Shown: positions 6,424 through 14,054 of the stretch, in pieces
Position numbering within the stretch: the first letter of the stretch is position 1
Layout of the letters: the number at the start of each line of letters is the position of its first letter
DNA from: Candidatus Heimdallarchaeota archaeon
GTDB taxonomy: Archaea; Asgardarchaeota; Heimdallarchaeia; Heimdallarchaeales; Heimdallarchaeaceae
Assembly (NCBI GenBank): GCA_018238545.1
Contig: JABCTC010000065.1
Location: forward strand, 1-14,054
Reading direction: 5' to 3'
Length of the DNA stretch: 14,054 nucleotides
Position numbers and translations under genes: made by a program
The notes under the pieces: generated by a model
Database searches by the model: none
The model's input: only the letters and a program-made list of their open reading frames with translations
What the model was told of the DNA's origin: nothing

Positions 6424-8256
6424 CTAATAATCTTGAGTAAGTTGTGCAATTTCTAGCACATATTCATCATTCTCTGTCTGATATCTCTTCCTGTTTTTTC
6501 GTCCTCTGTATATCCTGAGGAAGATTCCCATAAGAATCCAGCAGTTAAACAGAACAAATACACCTACGATTATATTTTCCGGAGCTTTGAAAAAGGGAAT
6601 GTTTAGAGGATCTGTGGGGTTTTCTGAATTGGGTGTCCCAGCTTCAATTGGAGTGAAAATAGTATACTCAATTTGTTGGAAAGTGACAGTTGCTCCTTGT
6701 CCTAAAATCGTGATAACGAATCTTAACTCATTGTAACCATTGTAGAGGTTGATATCTCCAGTAATTTCGACTTGACCTGTATCTCTAATTGATTTTGTAA
6801 AAGCTATACTGTTTCCTGATTTAACTGTAATCGTGATACTGTCAAAATTTATATCAGAACTGATGAACATTGAAAAATTACAACTGTAATAAACAGCTGA
6901 ATCTTCTAGATAAATTACATCGTAGAAACTTTCGCTGATAGCTCCTATTACAGGAGTGCTGATTACTGTTTCAGAGACCAATTGTTTCTCATAAGTTTCT
7001 TGATTGAAACTAATTATCTCAGATATGCTAATTGATGAGACATTGTAAAGGAAAATAGTTCCTGAACCGGATTTGGTTGCACTTAGATGTAGAAATAAAT
7101 CTGAATTATAATTTTCTGTATATGTGCTGAATTCTATCGATTGTTGAGAACTACTTTGTTTACTGGCTGTTATAATACCAGTTTCTAAAGAAATGCTATT
7201 TTGAGTAATTTCAAACTCTATTCCAGAATAAATTTTTGTTCCTTCAAAACTGAAAATTAATCGAAAATTAAGTACGTTTGCTGATTGAATAGAGATAGGT
7301 CTGAAACTGGATATGTCGATAGTTGAATCAATAACATTTTCCCAGTTAATTTCTTGAAAAACCTGATTATCAGGAGTTATATTAGATACTAATTTTCCTG
7401 CTAATTTTAGATTAGAAATTTGGATAATATCGATTGAAATCTCTATGTGAAACTTCAGCGTTAGTATATTGATACCTTCGTCTAATGACAGAGTAAAAAC
7501 TAGATTATTATCTTGATTAGGCTCAATGGTAGTAGTGTCTTGTACTTGTGAGTTAATAGATACAGATAATTCTTCCACAAAAGAACTGAAGTCTAAAGTG
7601 GTGAAATTAACTGATAATTCCAAGGAATGAGTTATATTGTCAGAGCAGTTAAAAACCGTTAAAACCTCGTATTCAGCTGTTCCTAGCATCTCTCCTTCAA
7701 ACATGAAATCAGCTGGAAGTAAAGGTATTCCTTGATCAGATTCATCAAGGGTGATTAGCGGAAGATTTTCAATTTCACTATTTGAAAAAATTCTGATGGT
7801 TCCACTTTTTCCAACAGCTGCTTGAGCAGAGAAGATTACTGTTATATTCGTATCTCCATTGTAAACATGATCAGAGAAGAATGATTTTGAGATAGAACGA
7901 TTGGTATTATCTTGGGAGATACGTTCGATTACGAAATCAACATTTATGCCTTGAAATTGGAAAGAAATAGCTATCCCAGCACTAGTAGATTTATCTCCTT
8001 CAACAATAAAACTAAGATTGAGAACATTCAAAGTTGAAAGTGTAAGATTAGTTAAAAGAAATTGTTGGACGCTTTCTACGGAACTATCATTGAACTCGTA
8101 TGATATTTTTTGATTTAGAGTCTGTGAAAGCGCCCAAGTGTGTGATGAGTCAGTTGGTGAGTCCGGCAGACTTAACACACTACCCGCTAGCATAAACATT
8201 AGAGTGATACAACTTACAATTAGTAAGTTATAGTAGTGCCTAGTGGATGTGACCAT
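6424..8256 (-). CDS. Type-I membrane surface (glyco)protein with duplicated beta-rich ectodomain
   Basis: N-terminal signal-like hydrophobic stretch, S/T/N/I-rich beta-type ectodomain with many N-x-S/T sequons, C-terminal TM (IIVGVFVLFNCWILMGIFL) followed by RGRKNRKR and a short acidic tail. Confidence 0.8.
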   Translation of the reverse strand: MVTSTRHYYNLLIVSCITLMFMLAGSVLSLPDSPTDSSHTWALSQTLNQKISYEFNDSSVESVQQFLLTNLTLSTLNVLNLSFIVEGDKSTSAGIAISFQFQGINVDFVIERISQDNTNRSISKSFFSDHVYNGDTNITVIFSAQAAVGKSGTIRIFSNSEIENLPLITLDESDQGIPLLPADFMFEGEMLGTAEYEVLTVFNCSDNITHSLELSVNFTTLDFSSFVEELSVSINSQVQDTTTIEPNQDNNLVFTLSLDEGINILTLKFHIEISIDIIQISNLKLAGKLVSNITPDNQVFQEINWENVIDSTIDISSFRPISIQSANVLNFRLIFSFEGTKIYSGIEFEITQNSISLETGIITASKQSSSQQSIEFSTYTENYNSDLFLHLSATKSGSGTIFLYNVSSISISEIISFNQETYEKQLVSETVISTPVIGAISESFYDVIYLEDSAVYYSCNFSMFISSDINFDSITITVKSGNSIAFTKSIRDTGQVEITGDINLYNGYNELRFVITILGQGATVTFQQIEYTIFTPIEAGTPNSENPTDPLNIPFFKAPENIIVGVFVLFNCWILMGIFLRIYRGRKNRKRYQTENDEYVLEIAQLTQDY

Positions 8257-8285
8257 GTCTGTCGACTAAATAATAATGAAATTCC

Positions 8286-8337
8286 TATTTATAGCTGGTA
8301 GTAGTTAACCGAAATTATTGTCGGTGTATTGACAATA
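8286..8337 (-). promoter_or_regulatory. TATA box plus upstream inverted repeat (candidate regulator site)
   Basis: TATAAATA (minus, 8293-8286) 30-37 nt upstream of ATG 8256. TATTGTC-N8-GACAATA at 8316-8337. Confidence 0.5.
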
Positions 8338-8559
8338 TATCTACACGCTCCTGTAGTACCCATGAATGCTACTAAATCATTTTATTAACTAATAGAGAAC
8401 ACGCCCCAAATTATCAAATAATCGTTAAATAATTATTCTAGAGAGACCTATTGCGTCTGTTTTAGACCTAATGACCAAGTACTCGAACAAGAATAAACTC
8501 TGATAGATTTAAGTTAGTATGGATTGGAGATTATTAGTATAACAAAGCAAATCAATAAA

Positions 8560-8579
8560 TAAAAAAGAGAAGAAGAGAA
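8560..8579 (-). terminator. Pyrimidine-rich/oligo-T archaeal terminator
   Basis: Minus strand TTCTCTTCTTCTCTTTTTTA immediately after the stop codon at 8580. Confidence 0.6.
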
Positions 8580-10859
8580 TTATTTGTTGTTCGATCGCTT
8601 CCTAGTTAGTAATGAAAGAGGGATTATAGCTAAACCGACAACAAATAAAAGAATTAGCACACTGATATTGCTAGAAAATTCTGAAATTGGAGGGATCACA
8701 GGCTCTCCTAGAGGATAGAGATCGCTAGAACCAGCTGGACCATCAATTGAATAGCTTCCCACGCCTGACCAATCAGACCAATAATTGCCTTCAAATGTTA
8801 CAGAATCATACCAAACATTATTTGTTCCATGATCATATGCTTGGGAATAACTACCAGGATTATTATCTACGAAGGTATTATGGTGAATGACATTATCATA
8901 ACAGTAACTTAAGTAGATACCATAACCTTCGTTTTCTTGTAGAAGATTGTATGTAATGATACAAACATCAGAAGATTCTAGAAAGATGCCCCACTCGTTA
9001 TAACAACACGTATTGTTTGCAATACTAGAACTTGTTGAAGAGTCTAGATAGATTCCATAGCCGTTATTGTTATTGCACATGTTGTTGGTTATAGTAGAAC
9101 CAACAGAAGAGGAAATCTCGATACCGTTGCCATTATAACAGCAGGTGTTGTTTGCTATAATAGAACTATCTGAACCAAAAGTGATGCCAAAACCGATATT
9201 ATTATTGCACGTGTTGTTTGCTATAATAGAACTATCAGAAGAGGAAACATCTAAACCTTTCTTGTTATAACTGCAGGTGTTGAAGGTTACAGTAGAGCTA
9301 CTAGATTCTCTAAGAGACATCCCATATATACTGTTGTTATTACATGTATTATTCGTTATATTCAAAAAAGTACAGAAATCAGTTCTCAACCCAGCTGACG
9401 CATTGTTCAGTATTTGATTACTTACTGCGACATTGTTACAATCAATTAGGACTATTTGTCCATATATTGGGTCAGCAATGATAATAGAGTCAAGACCAGT
9501 GAAAAATCCTAACTGCTTTCCATTCACCCAATTGTTTGTGACTGTATACGATTGGTAAGCAATAATTGTTACTTCACCGATAGATAGACCACAATTTGCA
9601 AAAGTGTTGTTAACAACACTAGAACTATCTGAATACCAAAGAGCGATACCCCATAAGTCATTGTCGCTGCATGTATTGTTAGCAACAGTAGAGCTACCAG
9701 AATAATAGTGATGGATGCCCCAAATATTGTTGCTACACGTATTGTTGGCAATAGTAGAACCACTAGAATGGTAGATGTACATGCCTTTGTTGTAATTGTT
9801 ATTGCATGTGTTATTAATAATAGATATATCCGTACAGAAGTGTAGAAATAAACCTATTGATGTATTATCCAATATTTGATTACTTACTGTGACATTGTTA
9901 CAATCAATCATGATTATTTGACCATATGTTGGGTCAGCAATGATAGTAGAGTCAAGACCTATTAAAAATCCTAATTGTTTCCCATTCACCCAATTATTCG
10001 TGATTGTATAAGATTGGTAAGCACCTATGTTGCTTTCTTTAAATTCCAAACCACAGTTAGTAAGACTATTATTTGTAATTGTAGAACTACTTGAATACCA
10101 ACTAAAGATACCAATATTACAATTGCTACATGAGTTGTTGGCAATTATAGTACTAAAAGAATCCCATAGTTGTATACCATAGTCTCGACCATTACTGCAT
10201 GTGTTATTTGCACAAATAGAACCTCCAGATGCAGAAATATACATCCCTGTTCTACTATCTGTGATTGTATTGTTAACAATCATCGTATTAACAGAAGACA
10301 AAAGAAATATACCTAGATCCCTATTATTAGTGCAAATATTATTAACGATAATAGTATTAGCTGAGGATATCACATAGATCCCCATCCCATAGTAACTGTC
10401 GCTGCATATGTTATTGCTAACAGTAGAATTAGCTGAAGATTCAATGAATATACCATAATCCTGATCGCTACAGGTATTATTGATGATAGTTGCTGTCCCA
10501 GCACTTACATTATCAATATAAATTCCTCTGTCAGCTGCCTCAACATAGCAATTACGAATTGTAAAATACTTGGTTGTACCGGTAATGTGAATACCTTTGG
10601 AATTAGTTGTAATTATCTCATAACCTTCTATTACGTATGGATCTCCTTCTATACCAGATCCAGCAAATACCTCAAGTTCAACATCAGAAGTAATATAGAT
10701 TGAAGCATGTGGGGTCAGTGAAGAGAAAGATGGTGAGTCATAAGAGACAGTTGTTGCACTTACTCTCATGCTAGCAAAACTGCTTATTCCAATAATAATC
10801 AGTAAAACTAAAATTAGTTTTCTAACTGATACTCTAGATTGTATTGTTTTTTTTCTCAT
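8580..10859 (-). CDS. Secreted, C-terminally anchored right-handed parallel beta-helix (NosD/CASH-type repeat) surface protein
   Basis: Basic + hydrophobic signal peptide, 'G.G...DPYVIEGY.I' N-cap, many 22-23-aa 'GI.L..S....I.NNTC.NN' coils, 'GNYWSDWSG...D.YPL' C-cap, and SEF-TM-basic tail. Confidence 0.92.
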   Translation of the reverse strand: MRKKTIQSRVSVRKLILVLLIIIGISSFASMRVSATTVSYDSPSFSSLTPHASIYITSDVELEVFAGSGIEGDPYVIEGYEIITTNSKGIHITGTTKYFTIRNCYVEAADRGIYIDNVSAGTATIINNTCSDQDYGIFIESSANSTVSNNICSDSYYGMGIYVISSANTIIVNNICTNNRDLGIFLLSSVNTMIVNNTITDSRTGMYISASGGSICANNTCSNGRDYGIQLWDSFSTIIANNSCSNCNIGIFSWYSSSSTITNNSLTNCGLEFKESNIGAYQSYTITNNWVNGKQLGFLIGLDSTIIADPTYGQIIMIDCNNVTVSNQILDNTSIGLFLHFCTDISIINNTCNNNYNKGMYIYHSSGSTIANNTCSNNIWGIHHYYSGSSTVANNTCSDNDLWGIALWYSDSSSVVNNTFANCGLSIGEVTIIAYQSYTVTNNWVNGKQLGFFTGLDSIIIADPIYGQIVLIDCNNVAVSNQILNNASAGLRTDFCTFLNITNNTCNNNSIYGMSLRESSSSTVTFNTCSYNKKGLDVSSSDSSIIANNTCNNNIGFGITFGSDSSIIANNTCCYNGNGIEISSSVGSTITNNMCNNNNGYGIYLDSSTSSSIANNTCCYNEWGIFLESSDVCIITYNLLQENEGYGIYLSYCYDNVIHHNTFVDNNPGSYSQAYDHGTNNVWYDSVTFEGNYWSDWSGVGSYSIDGPAGSSDLYPLGEPVIPPISEFSSNISVLILLFVVGLAIIPLSLLTRKRSNNK
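9333..10070 (-). repeat. Intragenic duplication, two ~92-codon copies 462 nt apart (~9333-9608 and ~9795-10070)
   Basis: NCGL...AYQSYT(I/V)TNNWVNGKQLGF..GLDS.IIADP.YGQI..IDCNNV.VSNQIL.N...GL...FCT...I.NNTCNNN occurs twice with high DNA similarity. Confidence 0.9.
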
Positions 10860-10925
10860 AAATAAACTTCCAAAGTTTGTTAACTCTTCAATTACTTTTT
10901 TTAACTAATTTAAACCTTTTGTAGA
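10860..10925 (-). promoter_or_regulatory. BRE-TATA promoter and 5' UTR of the 759-aa beta-helix gene
   Basis: Minus strand TCTACAAAAGGTTTAAATT (10925-10907), a purine-rich BRE plus TTTAAA. Exact copy at 13252-13270. Confidence 0.75.
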
Positions 10926-10947
10926 AAAAACAACAGAAATATTTTGA

Positions 10948-10974
10948 GGGAAAAAAGAGAGAAGGGAAGAAGAA
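10948..10974 (-). terminator. Pyrimidine-rich/oligo-T archaeal terminator
   Basis: Minus strand TTCTTCTTCCCTTCTCTCTTTTTTCCC immediately after the stop codon at 10975. Confidence 0.6.
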
Positions 10975-13203
10975 TTATTTTCTTCTTTGCTTCTTGATTA
11001 CTAAACAAACAAATGAGAATAGAAAAACAATCGTAGATAGGATAAGAATTGAGTGCGATTGAAACTCTGGTATAACTACAGAATCTATTATGGTAAATGA
11101 ATAATACACACCCGAATTATCATTAATCGCTATATTATGTTCAATAGTTACATCTGTTGCATTTATGTAAAATTCAATAAAATCATCGATTGCGAAAGTT
11201 CCAATAGTGCAAGAATAAAGATCACCAGACACAAGAGACATACTGACTTCTATCCAAGTTCCACCATTTACTCTGTAATGAAGAGAAACTGTTTGCACAC
11301 CATAAGGACTGGTAACTCTTGCTTCTATTTCAATTGTATCAAGTTCTGTTGCTGAGACAGGAGAGTTGATAACATCTATAATGACAGGAGGACCTAGATA
11401 TACTGTAGGTTCATTGAGAGGATAAAGATCAACTGCACCAACAGAACCATCAATAGCATATGAACCTATCCCTGACCAGTCAGACCAATAATTCCCCTCA
11501 AGTTTTTCAGTATCATACCAAAGATTGTTAGAACCTGAATCACGTGCTTGAGATGAAGTTCCTTGATAGTTATTAACAAAATTGTTGTGGTGTAGAGAGT
11601 TATTATCAGAACTAGAGTCAATAGCTACCCCATGTTCCATGTTGTCTCTCAGAATATTATATGTTATATTTTGAAAATGTGAATACCAGAGTTGGATACC
11701 ATTTTGATTATTCTCGCATATGTTATTATAAATTGTTGATGAATAGGTATAGCCAACATATATACCTGCATAATGGTTATAAGAACATGTGTTATTTGTT
11801 ACAAATGCATTATCTGAATAATCTATTACAATACCTTCCCATCCATTGAAATTACATGTATTCTCGCTAATACTTGCATTCCCAGACTCCTTAGCTTCAA
11901 TCCCATACCACCCATTGTCAAAGCATATATTGTTGTAAATTGATCCGTTAACAGATTCTTCTAGCTCAATACCGTCTTTTAGATTATTATTGCATGTATT
12001 GTAAGAGATAGTAGAATTATTAGATATCTCTATGTTTATTCCTTCATATCCAGTATTGGAATTACATATATTACCCTTCAAAGTAGAGAAGTCAGAATAT
12101 CGAAGATTGATCCCATCAGCATCATTGTAATTGCAAGTATTATTGCTAATAGTAGTATTGTCTGAATATGTAATGGCGATTCCATCATCTCCATTGTTGT
12201 TGCAAGTATTTTCAGTAACTATACTATTACTAGTAAACCAAAGGAAGATACCTCTCTGGTCGTTATCAATACATATGTTGTCTGCAACAATATTATGACT
12301 AGACTGGTCCATAAAAACACCTTCAAAACTGTTGGTGAATGTGTTGTTTGCAATGGTAGAATACTCAGAATAGAGAACATATATACCCCTGCTATTATTG
12401 TAACAGGTGTTGTTTATAACAAAACAATAACTAGAAGAACAAAGTTTGATACTGTCTTGTATATTATTATTACATGTGTTATTCGCTATAGTTGAAAAAT
12501 CAGATGATTGATCTAAATAGATACCTTCCCAAAGGTTGTAGTTACATGTATTATTATAAATTGTTGAATTTCCAGACCAAAGTGAATATATACCTTGATT
12601 GCTATTGTTATTACACTCATTATCTTGAATAACAGAAAAACTAGCATGATCTAAATAGATACCTTTGATGTTATTATTGCACGTATTGTTTACAATAGTA
12701 GAGTATTCAGAATAGTCGAGATTAATGCCATTACCACTATTTTCACATAAGTTGTCGACTACAACAGAATAATGAGAAAACCGAATATAAATATTATTAA
12801 CTTCATTATTATTGCATGCATTATTAATGATTTTTGTAGTACCATTTGCCGCTGCATAAATGTAAATACCATTGTCTTTTGCTTCAACATAACAGTTGCG
12901 AATAGTAAAATATTTCGTTGTACCAGCAATATAAATACCGTTATTATCAGTTGTTGTAATGTTATATCCCTCTATAACATAGGGGTCTTCGGCTGTTCCT
13001 AAACCAGGAAAAGCTTCTAGCTCAATATCAGAAGTAATGGATATTGAAGCATGTGGAGTCAGTGAAGAGAAAGATGGTGAGTCATAAGAGACAGTTGTAG
13101 CATTTACTCTCATGCTAGAAAAACTGCTTATTCCAATAATTATCAGTAGAGCACATATTACTGTTCTAACTGATACTTTCGATTTTATTGTTTGTTTTCT
13201 CAT
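10975..13203 (-). CDS. Secreted parallel beta-helix (NosD/CASH-type repeat) surface protein with C-terminal Ig-like domain and PEF-CTERM-like anchor
   Basis: Paralog of 8580-10859 with the same signal peptide, N-cap and C-cap. Long regular coil array, extra 'PPVI...IEARVTSPYGVQTVSLHYRVNGGTW...Y...I...IEFYINATD' beta-sandwich, and IPEF-TM-KKQRRK tail. Confidence 0.92.
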   Translation of the reverse strand: MRKQTIKSKVSVRTVICALLIIIGISSFSSMRVNATTVSYDSPSFSSLTPHASISITSDIELEAFPGLGTAEDPYVIEGYNITTTDNNGIYIAGTTKYFTIRNCYVEAKDNGIYIYAAANGTTKIINNACNNNEVNNIYIRFSHYSVVVDNLCENSGNGINLDYSEYSTIVNNTCNNNIKGIYLDHASFSVIQDNECNNNSNQGIYSLWSGNSTIYNNTCNYNLWEGIYLDQSSDFSTIANNTCNNNIQDSIKLCSSSYCFVINNTCYNNSRGIYVLYSEYSTIANNTFTNSFEGVFMDQSSHNIVADNICIDNDQRGIFLWFTSNSIVTENTCNNNGDDGIAITYSDNTTISNNTCNYNDADGINLRYSDFSTLKGNICNSNTGYEGINIEISNNSTISYNTCNNNLKDGIELEESVNGSIYNNICFDNGWYGIEAKESGNASISENTCNFNGWEGIVIDYSDNAFVTNNTCSYNHYAGIYVGYTYSSTIYNNICENNQNGIQLWYSHFQNITYNILRDNMEHGVAIDSSSDNNSLHHNNFVNNYQGTSSQARDSGSNNLWYDTEKLEGNYWSDWSGIGSYAIDGSVGAVDLYPLNEPTVYLGPPVIIDVINSPVSATELDTIEIEARVTSPYGVQTVSLHYRVNGGTWIEVSMSLVSGDLYSCTIGTFAIDDFIEFYINATDVTIEHNIAINDNSGVYYSFTIIDSVVIPEFQSHSILILSTIVFLFSFVCLVIKKQRRK

Positions 13204-13270
13204 AAATAATCTTCCAAAAGTTTATTGACTCTTCAATTACTTTTTTTTTCAAATTTAAACCTTTTGTAGA
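13204..13270 (-). promoter_or_regulatory. BRE-TATA promoter and 5' UTR of the 742-aa beta-helix gene
   Basis: Homologous to 10860-10925 (shared CTTCCAAA, ACTCTTCAATTACTTTTTTT, AATTTAAACCTTTTGTAGA). Confidence 0.75.
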
Positions 13271-13298
13271 GAAAAGTCTCTTACCATGTTTGTAATTC

Positions 13299-13307
13299 TT
13301 TAAATAT
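13299..13307 (+). promoter_or_regulatory. TATA box of the divergent membrane-protein gene (likely leaderless)
   Basis: TTTAAATAT about 21-29 nt upstream of ATG 13328. Confidence 0.5.
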
Positions 13308-13327
13308 AATGATGTGATTTTTTATCT

Positions 13328-14054
13328 ATGAAATCTGAAGAAGAGAAGAATGATTTTGTTTCTTCTTCTAAGATAGAAGAAATGGGGAAGGAGAAAGTCG
13401 CTATTGACCCAAATGAAGAGAAAGCTTTGACACCATCAGAACTCAAAGAAAAGAAGACATTTGGTGTGACTTACTTCATTTTAGAAGCGCTAATAATCAT
13501 CACAACGATTTTTGCTTTTATAGTACCTATAATTGATAATTCTGGCAATTTTGAAGATATTGCAATCATTTTTATGATTTTTCTAGCTGGATTTAGTCTT
13601 CTTAATACTTACTTCTATTTATTTAAATTGGATTCGAAATTTAGGACAATAGCTTTCATACTTAGATTTAGCTTAATTCTCCTCTCAATAATCATGTTTG
13701 TAACATCTATGATTGATGCCTATGTCTCCGAAGCATATTTTGTAGCTGTGCTAGTTTCAATCTACGCCCTTTCTTCACAAATGATATTGAAAATCTACCT
13801 TCTGACTTCAAAGAAACCCATCAAAGATAGATTATTCAGAAGAGCTGTTGCAGGATCTCCTTCAGAACTTGAATGGAGAAAATTCGATGTTTTATCTGGA
13901 TATTTAGCCATAATTCTTGGTATTTTTATATTACAGATTTTCTGGCTCGTTTATCATAGCATAATTCGAAAACCTGTCATTGAACGAACAAAGAAGAAGC
14001 TAATTGTTGAAAGTCTAGAATTTGGAAAAGAGATTAATCTCACCTCTGTTGCCT
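13328..14054 (+). CDS. Multi-pass membrane protein (partial, runs off the window); possibly entering a winged-helix/PCI-like domain
   Basis: Not in the ORF track. Open from ATG 13328 to the end: MKSEEEKNDF...TYFILEALIIITTIFAFIVP...LAIILGIFILQIFWLVY...KKKLIVESLEFGKEINLTSVA. About 5 TM segments. Confidence 0.85.
   Translation, partial: MKSEEEKNDFVSSSKIEEMGKEKVAIDPNEEKALTPSELKEKKTFGVTYFILEALIIITTIFAFIVPIIDNSGNFEDIAIIFMIFLAGFSLLNTYFYLFKLDSKFRTIAFILRFSLILLSIIMFVTSMIDAYVSEAYFVAVLVSIYALSSQMILKIYLLTSKKPIKDRLFRRAVAGSPSELEWRKFDVLSGYLAIILGIFILQIFWLVYHSIIRKPVIERTKKKLIVESLEFGKEINLTSVA

Noticed and set aside
816-13002. Short ORFs in the track (816, 1755, 3256, 3720, 3778, 5965, 9569, 11137, 11661, 12295, 12772)
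   Set aside because: All lie inside longer, motif-bearing genes on the opposite strand or in an alternative frame, so they are treated as shadows.
8580-13203. Diversity-generating retroelement (AAC/AAT-rich repeats)
   Set aside because: The repeats are in-frame coding duplications with changes at all bases. No non-coding template repeat or reverse transcriptase in the window.
8580-13203. Calling the genes nosD (N2O reductase accessory)
   Set aside because: Only the repeat fold is shared. No nosZ/F/Y context, and the proteins have surface-anchor architecture.
1-14054. CRISPR array, tRNA or rRNA
   Set aside because: No regularly spaced repeat-spacer units, cloverleaf or rRNA signature seen.

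Overview
AT-rich archaeal-type region with TATA/BRE promoters, pyrimidine-rich terminators and PEF-CTERM-like tails. The protein style resembles Asgard/Heimdallarchaeia, which is an inference. From left to right: (1) a GC-richer, densely hairpinned non-coding block (1-211) ending in a motif shaped like the right half of an integron attC site, followed by a start-less, protein-like reading frame; (2) a translationally coupled minus-strand trio of a Panacea/DUF4065-like protein, a PIN nuclease and a 390-aa putative TGT-like barrel protein, which is my best candidate for an undescribed toxin-antitoxin/defence module; (3) a minus-strand membrane cluster of a 610-aa surface protein with an internal duplication, a 2-TM protein, an M50-like pseudo-peptidase and a RadB/Rad51-paralog-like ATPase lacking the usual catalytic Glu; (4) two tandem paralogous secreted beta-helix (NosD/CASH-type) surface proteins duplicated together with promoter and terminator, with conserved ends and divergent middles; (5) a divergent multi-pass membrane protein gene running off the window. 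All family assignments come from motif recognition by eye, and no searches were run.
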